From assembly GCA_000934665.2 (NCBI GenBank), contig KZ538272.1:1-64000 (forward strand): a stretch of DNA of 64,000 bases, given 5' to 3'. The notes beneath the pieces are model-generated. The model was not told the origin of the DNA. It ran no database searches and worked only from the letters and a program-made list of their open reading frames with translations. The DNA comes from Catajapyx aquilonaris. Its lineage: Eukaryota. Every line of letters begins with the position of its first letter. Positions within the stretch are counted from its first letter, which is position 1. The translations under genes were made by a program, and so were the position numbers. Shown piece by piece: positions 52,901 through 64,000 of this stretch.

Positions 52901-55900
52901 CGGTCTGATTGCTTTCATGCTGCAGGTGAATTGTAATCCGATTATAATTACTGGACGATGTTGATGGCTTAGGCTATCCTTCCCAAGCTTGGAGCCCCAT
53001 TGACACACTCCTGCCTTGTACGTACTGTACAGTCCGGTCCAAAAAAATAACACAGCCACATCTAGAGGCCATCTGCAACTTTAATTAGGCATTTCCTGCC
53101 CGCAAATGAGGATGCAATGGGAATTTGCCAACCCTCGTTTGCAATCAAATCGCGCGACTTTTTTGTTTATGTCGCTGTCGCCCGCACTGGATGCTTGGTC
53201 CGGAGTTAGTTTTGCATCCTAATTTTCTTTTCGGGTTTTTATACACAGTGTGCACCTTTCTGTGAGCACAAACAGTTTACTTTCTGTCAGCCCTCTACTG
53301 GTCATTTCTCTCGGTTTTATTGCCCAGGAATTCACTGGGCTCTACCACATGCATTCAAACATTTGTTTAGGCTCAGGCCGGACTGGCTTGCTTGTTGTTT
53401 CTGCTGATGAACGGGCCCCGGTTTTCAACGCAGACCTTAGGCTACATACGGAGCACTCTCAATTGGAAATTGCAATGTAGAGTGAGCATAAAGAAAACGT
53501 CTGACTTTGCATGTTGGAAGCTGGAAACTTTGCATGGACCCAAATTGCATTTTACTGTACATGACACTGATGCCTTGTGTGCGTGTTCAACCAATTTTTT
53601 TTCCAGAGCTGAGCGGCTACGTGTTTGAGCCCTGTACTTGTACAAACAGATGTTATGTACACGTATTGATTCTTGCTCCTGCCCCCAAAAAAAAAGTGTA
53701 AGTCGCTTAATATTCCGGGCATACCCGGATATATTTGTAGAAAAAGAGAGGAGGGACAGTGGTATATGTGGAGGGGGGGAAAAAATTCCCGCCAGCAAAT
53801 CCTTGAAAGCTCATTTGCTGACTCGCGAGCTCCGCCCAGCGCTTCGATTCCGCATCACAAGCTTTTTTCAAAAGGTAAATATTTGAAGGGCAAAATGAGT
53901 TGGTTTTAGTAGGAAGCGTCACAAATATTATGGAATTGCCTTCCTGCGAGCTGCGTCTGGGCAAACCGAGCTAATGCATACTAATTCGTACTGCTTGCAA
54001 AGTTCGGCAAAATGTCGCCGGTGGAGATCTGGCGAATTATCCGCCAGATGAAACTGCCACGCAAAAAAAAAAATTATTTGAAAGTGGGGGGGGGGGGGGG
54101 GGTTTGACCCTAGAATTTATTTATACAGTACATTCATCCTATCCGCATGAAAAAGTTGGGACACTATTTTTTTCTATTATAGAGAAGAGGGGGCCGGAGT
54201 GCGGGTAGATATTGGAAAATTGGGCACTTCACTTCCTGCACTTTGTAGGCCGTAGCGGAAATTTCCCCATAAGGTGAGTAGGGGTAGGGGGTGGAAGAGC
54301 AGCTTTAAATTCTATTAAAGCTTCATTGATGTGCATTATGCAAATACCTCAACACAACATCCTCAACGAAATAGCAATTTGGAAAGTGCATATAAAACCG
54401 AAACCTCGTTACATGGAAAAAGAGGTAGAAAGGGTTGGAACCGGCGGAGACGATAAGGAGACGCACTTGGTAATCGGATTCTGTTACTCGACTCATCATT
54501 GCCCATTCTATTTTCCTACGGTAATGTCCCCACTCTGTCTCTCTCTCAACAGAAACTGGCGGACCGATTTCGTTCCAATCGATGAGTTTTGCAAGGGCTG
54601 AGAGAGTCCAAAGTACTGAGCAAAGTCTATACATATTACGGGCACAAATGGTGCGTGGGACATTAATTCGTGTCGAAATGAACGCGGAGGAATTTGCCTT
54701 CCATAACTTTGCAAGCGTCTCTGGAAATGTTGCATACCATAAACTCGCTGGGGTTTTAATGCTCTTACTGTAATACCTCGGGCCAGGGCATTAGTATGTC
54801 AGTGCGTATTCGCAACCACTGATAGTAATAGCTTGTCATCCACGTCAGACAACCTCGTAACTAAAATTGCACTCACTAAGGTCGATCAGGCAAATGTGCG
54901 AGTCAGGTTATGTCTCATATAGCAATCAATCAATTTGTTCAGCAATTTCTTGTAAATTTAGGCACTCGCCCAAGTGTAAAGCATTAAAAGAATAAAATTA
55001 GCCCGAAGCACTTATTTATTGATTTATTCATTTTTGTAATTACTGCTGCTGTTATTGTCACTCTTGCAACTTCCTCATTGCAGGCTATATTATTGTAGTT
55101 GTTAACAATAATAATGTGAAGACTACAGACAATAAAGGTGGTAGTGTTTGTGCTGATAATCGATATTTTAATGCCCTCATCTTCTTTAACTACACGCATA
55201 TGTGACTATGTTATAGAGCAGTTTGGGACTGTACGTGGGAGGGTATTAAAATTCAAACAAAAAAAAAATTTACGGCGGGCATCATTACCGCATTGTTTCA
55301 CAGAATAACAGAGTTCCATCTGATACCATCACGAAGGTCGTACCCACGAGCAGCAGCCAGTGTGTTGAATGAACCCAGGCCCAGAACATATTAGCATGCA
55401 GCACGTGCGACGAAGTGAACGCCCTGTAAAACTCTGCTTTAATTCTAAAACCCAGAATCAATTGCACTCCGGGCCAGACTTTTTACGAGAGGAAAAGTCC
55501 GGATCACGGCCGTTTTGATAGGAGTTTTTCCCCCGATTACATTGTCCGGAGGGGCGTGGCCACCGGGATATGACATGCACTGCATTTTAATTCGGGGGCT
55601 TGATTTTTTTTTAAATGGTGAACTGCCTTATGTAAACATACGTACTCATTTTCAATTTCCATTGTACAAGCACATTATTTTAAAACCAATGCAATTCTAA
55701 TATTTATTCTGTGGTGTACAGTACAACCCATATTTAGAGCCCAGCAGGTACTGTACAGGGAGAAACCATTTTTAAAATTATTAAATTACATCAAAATCCA
55801 TTGGCGTAACAGTCCTATTTGTACTGGAAATGCAAATTCTTTTGGCGAAGATAAAATTGGAATTTAAATTCACCACAACAACTGCTCGCTTCCGGGTTGA

Positions 55901-56584
55901 CAAATATGTTGTGACATGTAAGCCCAGCTGTTTAACGTGAGAAAATGAGGACAAATAAACATGTTTTCGGACGTGGAGCAAAAGCAATGTGCTTCACATC
56001 ACTGCTATAGCAGCAGTCCCCTTAAGTTGGTTTTACTCGACAATGATTCAACATCAGTTTTTGCCGAGAGCAAATCTGGCAATGATAAAATACCTGTTTA
56101 ACACAGAAAAATAGAAAAAAAATCGACTTAACGGAATATCCGATACCATTACATAAACAAACACTGGAAAATAATAATCGAACCTCCGTTCTGTGATCGT
56201 CCGGGTGTCAAACGGATCCTTTTACCAGCACCCTTTTAATTAATTCTCCAGCACAAGAATTTATTCCAGGGAAAATGGAAGCCTCTTTTCCCGCGGAAAC
56301 GCGATCACCTTATTTCAAGCTCCATAGAAAACGAGAAGCTTTTGTCATTCTTCGGAATAAAGGGACAGAACTTTGTACTATAAGTATGGCGCATTTACAG
56401 CGGCGAGAGAGGCTTATTTCAGAGAAGTCAATTCGAGAAAATGATGGTGTAATAATTTGAATGGTATCTCTCCGGAAAGTGTTACAATTGAAGTCATTTT
56501 ATTCCTATATAGAAATATTTTCTATAGAGAAATTCTGACTCTGATGGTCAATATGAATCAATTAATATTTGCATTGTTTTTCAG

Positions 56585-56727
56585 AGAGGTGTTGGCCAAT
56601 GCGACGTTGTACTTTCCGTCGTTCAGAGCCGACGACTACAAGCAAGAGGTTCATGCTGGACAGTACAGATGTGCAGCTTCCAACATTGTGGGAACAATCC
56701 ACAGCAGACTGGCTACCATCAGAGCAG
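56585..56727 (+). CDS. Dscam: Dscam-family gene, exon encoding C-terminal half of Ig1
   Basis: Acceptor ttgtttttcag|, donor GCAG|gtgagt; phase 2 in, phase 1 out. Encodes (R)EVLANATLYFPSFRADDYKQEVHAGQYRCAASNIVGTIHSRLATIRA, matching the Dscam Ig1 motif L.FP.FRAEDYRQEVHA..Y.C.A.N..G.I.SR...RA. Lies within track ORF 56457..56795. Confidence 0.96.
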
Positions 56728-58411
56728 GTGAGTACAGTTACATCACACACTATTTTGTCCCCCTGTCACCGCCTGCCACTGCAGGATTGACATGACAAGG
56801 TTTTGAATTATTTTGCTGTTTGCGCGCCGCCTCAAGGTACGCAAACATGGCTAGCTAAAAAAAAAACCCCGGTGTGGGCAACGCATTGTATGATTCACTC
56901 CCTGATTGTCCCGTAATTGCCATTCACATTTAATCGCCAGTGGTTGCAAATATTTCGCGATGTTGACTCTTCCCCGGTTGGCGCTTTACGCGAGGTAACA
57001 TTTGGTCCTCCGCTGTAAAACTGGGGGGTTGAATCTGATTTTATTAAACCCCCCGCCGTTGTAGATGAAATATGGGTGAAGCCAAAATGCACGTCACAGG
57101 CGACATGANTCCCCCCCCCCCCCAGTCCCAAAAAAAAGGCAGCAAAACCCCCCCACTTTGCGAAGAGGAACAGTGTCATTTGTGGGATGTAAACATGAGG
57201 CCCCGTAGCCCACCCCCTAGAATGCGTAAAGATTGGAAAACCGTGTTTCCGCCTCAAATCGACTGCATGTTTCATCCGGAGCTGTCAGCTGCAGGAAACT
57301 GGCTAAGCAAATTACCCCAGCTGACAGCAGTCGCCCAAAAATTTTAACAAACCACCGGGAAAAACAATGTTCGGTTACATACCCCCTCCATCCCCCAACC
57401 TTCCACCAGTCCCCCTCTCTAAAAAAATAATAAAAAAATGCAGTGGCGTGAAAGGATTGCCCAACACATCATAGCCCCTTTTCATGGCCGCTTTGTCGGC
57501 TGTCATGTTGTCAATGCTGTCCTGTCATTTCCCAGCAGACAACAGAACCCCTATGGATTGACAGTTATCTTTTGGAAACGGCCAGGTACATCTGCCTGTG
57601 TGCCAATTATTGCCCCCTTTTTTCGTCCAAAAATCGAACCCGGATCCGATCGGAACAAATGGGCCATAACGCAACAGTTGCACTGCTTGTTATCCCCAGG
57701 GTGCCATTTTTTCCTTCCTAGAGGTTTTCCTTTGTGCTTGTAGGCCATTAGCGCCTTTCCTATTTTTAGGAAGGGGGGCAGAGGCAGGTTATGGCCCCCC
57801 CCTCCCCTCCTTCCCCACTAGAGTTTCTCCACTTTGTTCCCCGTATTGATGCAATGGAAGGGATGCTGCTCGTTTACAATAGTTTCCGTTCTTTTATGGC
57901 GCGTCATTAGGCCCTTTTTGTGCGGGACAAATCGATGGAGTAAATAACCTGAGGTAGTTGCAGGCATTCTTGCGAAATGAGAAACCCTGCGCCAGGGCAG
58001 CCAATTTGTTGGCACCTAATGAGGTGGATCTGCACCAAACCCTACGTGACGTCGGAGTGTGTTCGTCAGCGAATTTTCTTAGAGAGAAGGGGGGGCCATG
58101 TTTATGGTGGTGTGGCCGAGCGATGGTGCAATGGCGGACAGCTGCTGCCAGATGGTCCACTATTAAAAGCTGGACGCGCGGTTGGGCCATTAAAAGACCA
58201 AGCAATCAATCATAACTCGGGCATGATCCACAGATTATATCAAAAACAAGATTGGAAAAATCCCACGAGCGTGATTCCAGAAGACTTTTTCTCATTGCCA
58301 AATAAATTCCAACTGGACAATAATGACATAAAATGCTGTCAGGCCTATAGACTAGACCTTGGCGGATACAGTGCACCCGGAAAACCGGAAGTGGCCAGTC
58401 ACCAGAAGTCA

Positions 58412-58672
58412 CGTCGTCTCTGATTGGCTGGATTAATTATATGGTCTGTTTAATGTGCCCTATGCAGGCCGCCATCTTACGTGTCTATGGAAATAGTGGC
58501 CGGCTCTGGCGTCATGGGCGTTGATGCAGCCAGAAGGCCAGTACTACTCCAGCCAATCGGGGTCGACCGTGACGTCAGAGCCGGCCACTTATTTCCATAG
58601 AAATCAAGATGGCGGCCTCCATAGATAACGTAAACAGTCCATAGTAATTACTCTAGTCAATCAGAGACGACG
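58412..58672. mobile_element. Fold-back MITE-like element
   Basis: Left arm CGTCGTCTCTGATTGGCTGGATTAATTATATGGTCTGTTTA...GGCCGCCATCTT...CTATGGAAATAGTGGCCGGCTCTGGCGTCA (to ~58514) pairs with right arm TGACGTCAGAGCCGGCCACTTATTTCCATAG...AAGATGGCGGCC...TAAACAGTCCATAGTAATTACTCTAGTCAATCAGAGACGACG (from ~58570). Arms are ~100 bp with scattered mismatches. Confidence 0.8.
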
Positions 58673-59780
58673 AGCGAAGTGAGGTCATAAGTTCGTTCTT
58701 TAACCAGAAGTTGGCCATGACACCTATTTAGGGTCCGTTGAATCCGAATCCGATAACCGTTTGCAGCTATCTCCTGCGGTTTGGACCATGATACTTGTCC
58801 ACAGACGGACATTAAAGCTTCGTTGTAGCAAAACAAAAAATCTAAAAGGAGCGTTGGTAGAAGTCCAGATTGGTGTAAAAGCATGTGACATAGCAAGGGA
58901 GGTTGTGACGTCACCCTTTGGCGCAAACATTGTGTTTATCCAGCTCGTAGGAGTAGCAACAAAAGGGCATTATATTTTCACGTTTTCTGACTCCATAAAC
59001 GCGTTAGTGAGCCCAAGTGCTACAAAGTTCGTGCTCGGTAATGAACACAGACGTAACCAGCATTAGCGCACAATAGCCTCGAGTTTCAACATGTCTCGAA
59101 GTCGGCTTTACATTTCGGGAGAGGGAGACAACGATCCGGACTCATTGTGAAATCGGCATAATACCCATCCCGGAGCAAACTTTGCGGGGCACCTAAAAAA
59201 TGGTGTGGGAGGGGGGGGGGAGACTTTACCACTGCCACAAAGTTGTAGAAACACAAAAGAGGGGGGTTGAGGTCAGAACTTTCTGGAGCAGTTTCCTTTT
59301 CTGAATAATCAGCAGACGTGCAGCCTCTAAACATAGGCCTCAGGGAAGTGAGGCTTCTATTAACGAGGCTCTTAAAGGGGAGGAAGAAAGAAAAGCTTTT
59401 CACCCCCTCCTACTTCCAACGCCCCGTTTGCTAGCAGGTACCTAGGGGATTACTCAACCTTAGGAGAAGTTTTCCGACTTCTGGCTCCATTAGGGAAGTG
59501 TTAAATCCGTGCCAGCAGCCATTTCACTGCCATGCAGATTTTCTGAAAAAATAGTTCATTTTCACATTTTTCGAACCACTTGGGTTTGCAAGTAACCGGA
59601 ATATGCCGAACAGTTCTGGTAAATTTTGCCAACATGCTGCCTAAAACCCTATGCAAAATTTAGCTCTGCAGAAACCCGTTATCGTGCGGCATCTCTCTGG
59701 CATATTGGGGCCGAAAGAATGCATCGTCACATACTGCCGGCTCGACAGTGGCTCAAATGAGATGTAATTAACGCAGGATT

Positions 59781-59784
<4 letters not shown>

Positions 59785-59812
<28 letters not shown>
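59785..59812. repeat. (TC)14 microsatellite
   Basis: Direct reading of the sequence. Confidence 0.95.
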
Positions 59813-59815
<3 letters not shown>

Positions 59816-62800
59816 CTCCCAGATTTGAATCCACGCTTTGCCAGGGCGTCCTAATAAAGTGGAAGGGGCCAGAGAGTTGGGGTGGGGAAGGGGGGTCTTT
59901 GAAGCTAAATTCGATTCCCTCAAAAGCAGGGCACAAGCGAACTATTATCGTCCGAGGCCGGGGACATAGTGTTTGTTTGAGTGGAGGGACAATAATGTTT
60001 CGTTGGGAACACCCCCGGACTCGCATGAGCAAGCCCTCACTTAAGCCCTACTTTTTCTAGCACCGTTAAATCCTACCCCCCCATGTCCAAAAACCCTGGG
60101 CAGAAACGACTCTCGCGCGACGAAAAGTTACTTTATTCGCGTCGCGGCCTGCAAGCGTAATCCTCTCGTTTCACCAGATGCTCATCCTGCTTCCGTGCAG
60201 AAAATGTGTGTCGACAGCACACCATCCCTCTAGAAATCTCGCGACCGTTTTCCTATGGTCAATTCCCCCCAACCATGGTCGAACTTAAAACACATCTCCC
60301 CCTACCCCACCACCACCACCACCAAAAAAATTGTTTTAGGTAGCTTCCAGCATCCCCCAAACTTGGTAGGGTGAAACAATTATGAAACTGTGATAGTAAG
60401 CAAACTCGCTTAACTCGTGCAGAAGTTTCCGTCAGCGCCAAACTTAGCGTAATGATTTAATCAGGACGCGGCCCTTTTCCATGCCCGTGGCGCCCCGGTA
60501 AATTATTCCTGATATCATCACACCAAGGCACAGTAAACAGTCCTGGGTCCACTAATATGGGGGCTTGGCTTGGGAGGACTGGGGCGCAAACACCGAGGGT
60601 TTTTTTTTACGTCATTCAATATGGATGCCCCCAGGTGCAGGCTATAAAATGCAGGGTCGGAGAATGATAGTAAAAAAAAAAAGACCCGGTTCTTTCCTCC
60701 AAAGCGACTCGTTGTTTTCCGACAAATTAATCCTGAAAGTGTGTTCAAGTGTCTGCCATCGCTTCTTGTCAGACATTGACGGCTTCCGGCAACAGCGGAG
60801 AAACGCAAGGGAAGGCTCGAGGGATCCCTAAGTTCCTATCCCATTGCGCCCAAATCACTTTTCGTAGCACAAAAGCCCGCCTTTTCTCTTCTTTCTCTTC
60901 CTCTTCCTTCCCTTTTTTTTCGACTTGCCCTGAAATGGAAAAGCCCCGTGCACTACAGCTCCCAAAGTCTACGACCACAAACTTTTATGTCGGTAGCGGC
61001 AGCTTGTTTTTAAGTTGTCATTGGGCAGCTCGATGGCCACGTTACGATTTTATTTTAGTAGCACAGGGTGGCTCAGTACATACCTTTCCTCCCGCCAAAA
61101 AAATTGTGAGATTGAATAGGCACCTGTAGGTGTTTTACAATGCAGCATTTTCGAGTCTAACCTGAAGCAAGCAGATGTTTTGAGACGCTGGTTTTCACCT
61201 CTGGAAGCGAAGTTGCACAAGTGGAAACGATATGATAAAATCAAGTTTGGTGCAACAGTTCACTGAACCGGTATAAACAGCTTGAGATAGGAAGAAACCC
61301 TCTTCTTCTTCTTCGTTTTTTATTTTCTTCTTTACCCCCCCTCAAAACAGGAAGGACTTGAGAAAGTTTGCAGTTTCAGGGAGAGAGGGGGGGGGGGGGA
61401 GAGAACAAACTTGTCGATCGCTGAGAAACGCATCAAGTTTAACTTTCGAGATCGCATTAAGCCTAAAGCCGGTTCCGCTCACTCCCCTCGTATTTTCTCG
61501 AAGCAAAGTCGCTCTGTCAAAGAGGCATATGTCGGGACAAATTGCAAGGCGTGTTAAAATATTGTCTTAATACGCCTCCGGATGGCTGCCGCACAAACTT
61601 TGCAAAATAAGTTTTTTTTTAAATGGAGGAAGACAGGATGAGGGGGGATCTACCCACCAACTTTGCGATTTAAACTCGGTGGCTGCCTACATTCAAAACA
61701 GTAAAAGTTTGCTCAGCTTACTGAAACAACATTCACTTTCAACCGTACATGACAGTTCCATTTTGAGGAATTAATCAGCTATATATAACTTGAGACTATA
61801 CAGTGCAGCAGGATGGAGCTCGAAACTGAAAAGCAACTTTAGCCCGAATGAGGCTGAATCGCTGACATTTTACAACACAGACTACAGAACCTGTTAGTGA
61901 ATTTTGCACGCTACGCTATCCTTTCCTGGTTAGTCATAATTCATGTTGTGAGGCGGTCATTTGAAGCGTCAGGAAACTGCAGTATTCACAATTGGATGCA
62001 CGCTGATGGCTAAACAAGAAAACTTCTGTTTGTTATCCCAGAGTGATCACCAGGGAGGTGGCTAAAAACACACGTAATCTCTAACACTGAGAGAACTAAA
62101 AAACTTTCTTTCTCCCTCAAAATTGCTCTCCCCTGATCTGTCCTCTCTTTCAAGGAATGGGGACTTTCTCTCCCCGTAACCCAAGGATCCCATTTGGAAA
62201 CGCACCAAATTGTTCCTGAATCCGCTTAGGAACGGGGTGAAAGAGAATAGTAAGAGGTTCCTCCAGGCGCACACACCCCACCTCCCCCCAAAAAAGAGAG
62301 AGAAAAGGACCACAGTAAAAGGAGAGAAGAAATCGGTGGCTCTTCCACAAAGGAAGTTTCTGTGCTTGCCTTCATCAAGCTGTGGCAGCAGCAGACTCGG
62401 TTCTAAACTCAAAACTTGGATGGTAAGGGGCGGACTTTGCCTTTTCGAGAGTGGGCCATACAATTGCCCTTTCTCTCCTTCCAACCGGATTCAAACGAGC
62501 TCAGTCCCCGAGAACGAGGTCTCCGATTGGCTGCCTCTTATCTCCCCACTGATGACCGCGGTTTTCTTTCGACTTCCTTCTATACTCTCAGGAGAGGTGC
62601 AATTTGAGGGAGGGCAAGTTTCTCTGGCTGGGGTTCAACTCATTTATTCACTTTCGTCTCTCTCTCTCTCTCGCTTCAGCTCTTTTGTTGCTCGGCAGGA
62701 AAATGCACAATAGGACTTTAATCAGCACTCTTGGTGGAAAACAGTGAAGTGAAATTGATGGCACCAAATGAGCTGCCATGAATTTTCGGAGGGAGGGAGG

Positions 62801-63433
62801 GGGGTGTTGGGCAAAAGTGTGTGCTGGCAGTGTAACCATACATGACATCAAGAGTGCTCTTTCATCTCCCAAAATATGGGGAGGGGGGAAAAAAGAGAGA
62901 GAGAGTGATACACAGCATGTCAGGGCCATTAATCACGCCTTGTTTTTCAACTGAGCATTCTTTGTAAATATGGCGCCAGGGCGATATACAATTATTTTTT
63001 TGGCAGCCAACCGGAGTCGGAATTGCTTTTGCGCCGGTTTTTCACATTCTGAAACATACCCCCCTGAACTGCCCGTTGCTATCGCGATTCGCGGCTAACA
63101 ATAGCCTTTTGAAAATCCCGCCATATAACCACCAGATAATCCGAGCATATAATGCGGCTCGTATTGAAATGGTTTTTTAAAAACCCCGTGTATTGTAGTA
63201 TTCATTTTTTGACACGAAAACCAATGGGATAAAGATCAGCAGCAACAATGTCCCTCATTTTACGCATTATTGGATTTAACGTTTTCTTCTGGATTCTAAA
63301 AAAAGTGTTGGAATTACAAACAATATCCCCGTCGGTAATTGTTTCGAGCTTATCCAGTGTGTTCCAGCTGTTTTTATGTTACTTGTAAGCCAACAGTTAC
63401 TTATGGAAGCATGTATTCTTCTATTGTTTCCAG

Positions 63434-63602
63434 TCGTGGACCAGTACTACGAGGTTCAGCTGTACCGCCAGGATGTGACTCCTGGAAACACTGCAGTTAT
63501 GAAGTGTCACGTGCCTCCGTTTGTTCAAGACTACGTGGTCGTCACAGATTGGTTCAGATCCGATCCTCTTCGAGGCCACCAGAGACTCGAATCTGGCAAA
63601 GG
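63434..63602 (+). CDS. Dscam: Dscam-family gene, exon encoding N-terminal half of Ig2 (gene continues beyond the window)
   Basis: Acceptor ttgtttccag|, donor AAAGG|gtaagc. Phase-1 reading gives (V)VDQYYEVQLYRQDVTPGNTAVMKCHVPPFVQDYVVVTDWFRSDPLRGHQRLESGK(G), matching the Dscam Ig2 pattern VV.Q.YE......V..GN.A..KC..P.FV.D.V.V..W. Lies within track ORF 63376..63606. Confidence 0.94.
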
Positions 63603-64000
63603 GTAAGCGCACATTTTTTTTGAAAAAAAAAAAAAATACTCAAACGCAGGTTGTGCTCCCGAATAGTGGTTTTTCCGGTGCATCACACATGACATAATCG
63701 GCTTAGTATCTGACAACTGGATAGAGCAAAAGCATACTTAATTATGGACGTCGTCTCAGGGCAGATAAAACGGGTATGAGCGTCACAAAGGTTGAAAGGC
63801 TGGAGCTCTTTCCTCTTTCCGGAAGTGCAAAATAATGTAGTCGTGCCCATTTATGCCCCAGTTCACAAAACAATCAACCAGGTGGTGCTTTATTTTCATC
63901 GGGGGGGTCTAAGTTCTCAAATGTGAGCCCATGCAGTCGCTAATTAATGAAAACACGTCCCGTCACGGTTGGAAGCCAAACGCCTCACTATATGAAATAA

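Noticed and set aside
1..64000. Prokaryotic-type systems (CRISPR array, operons, rRNA) and tandem mutually exclusive Dscam exon arrays
   Set aside because: No regularly spaced repeat-spacer structure, no gene-dense coding sequence, and only single copies of each Dscam exon were found by eye. A TBLASTN self-search would be needed to exclude highly degenerate copies.

Overview
Eukaryotic, most likely arthropod, genomic DNA from a draft assembly (one 234-nt N gap plus small Ns inside poly-G/C tracts). Almost all ORFs in the supplied track are spurious. The window holds the 5' part of one large + strand Dscam-family (Down syndrome cell adhesion molecule, Ig superfamily) gene. It has a probable promoter and non-coding first exon (ending 11730), a signal-peptide exon (19639-19741, ATG 19648), two exons encoding Ig1 (46741-46912, 56585-56727) and an exon for the N-terminal half of Ig2 (63434-63602). 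Splice phases join cleanly (1, 2, 1) into a 192-codon open frame that continues beyond the window. The introns (7.9, 27.0, 9.7 and 6.7 kb) carry several fold-back MITE-like elements, microsatellites and candidate regulatory motifs. The most notable unexplained features are a strong frame-shifting micro-exon candidate just after the signal-peptide exon, a ~60-bp direct repeat bracketing the promoter and first exon, an asymmetric (phase 1 to 2) Ig2 exon, and long intronic hairpins. No tandem alternative-exon array is visible inside the window, and I cannot claim a new biological system from sequence alone.
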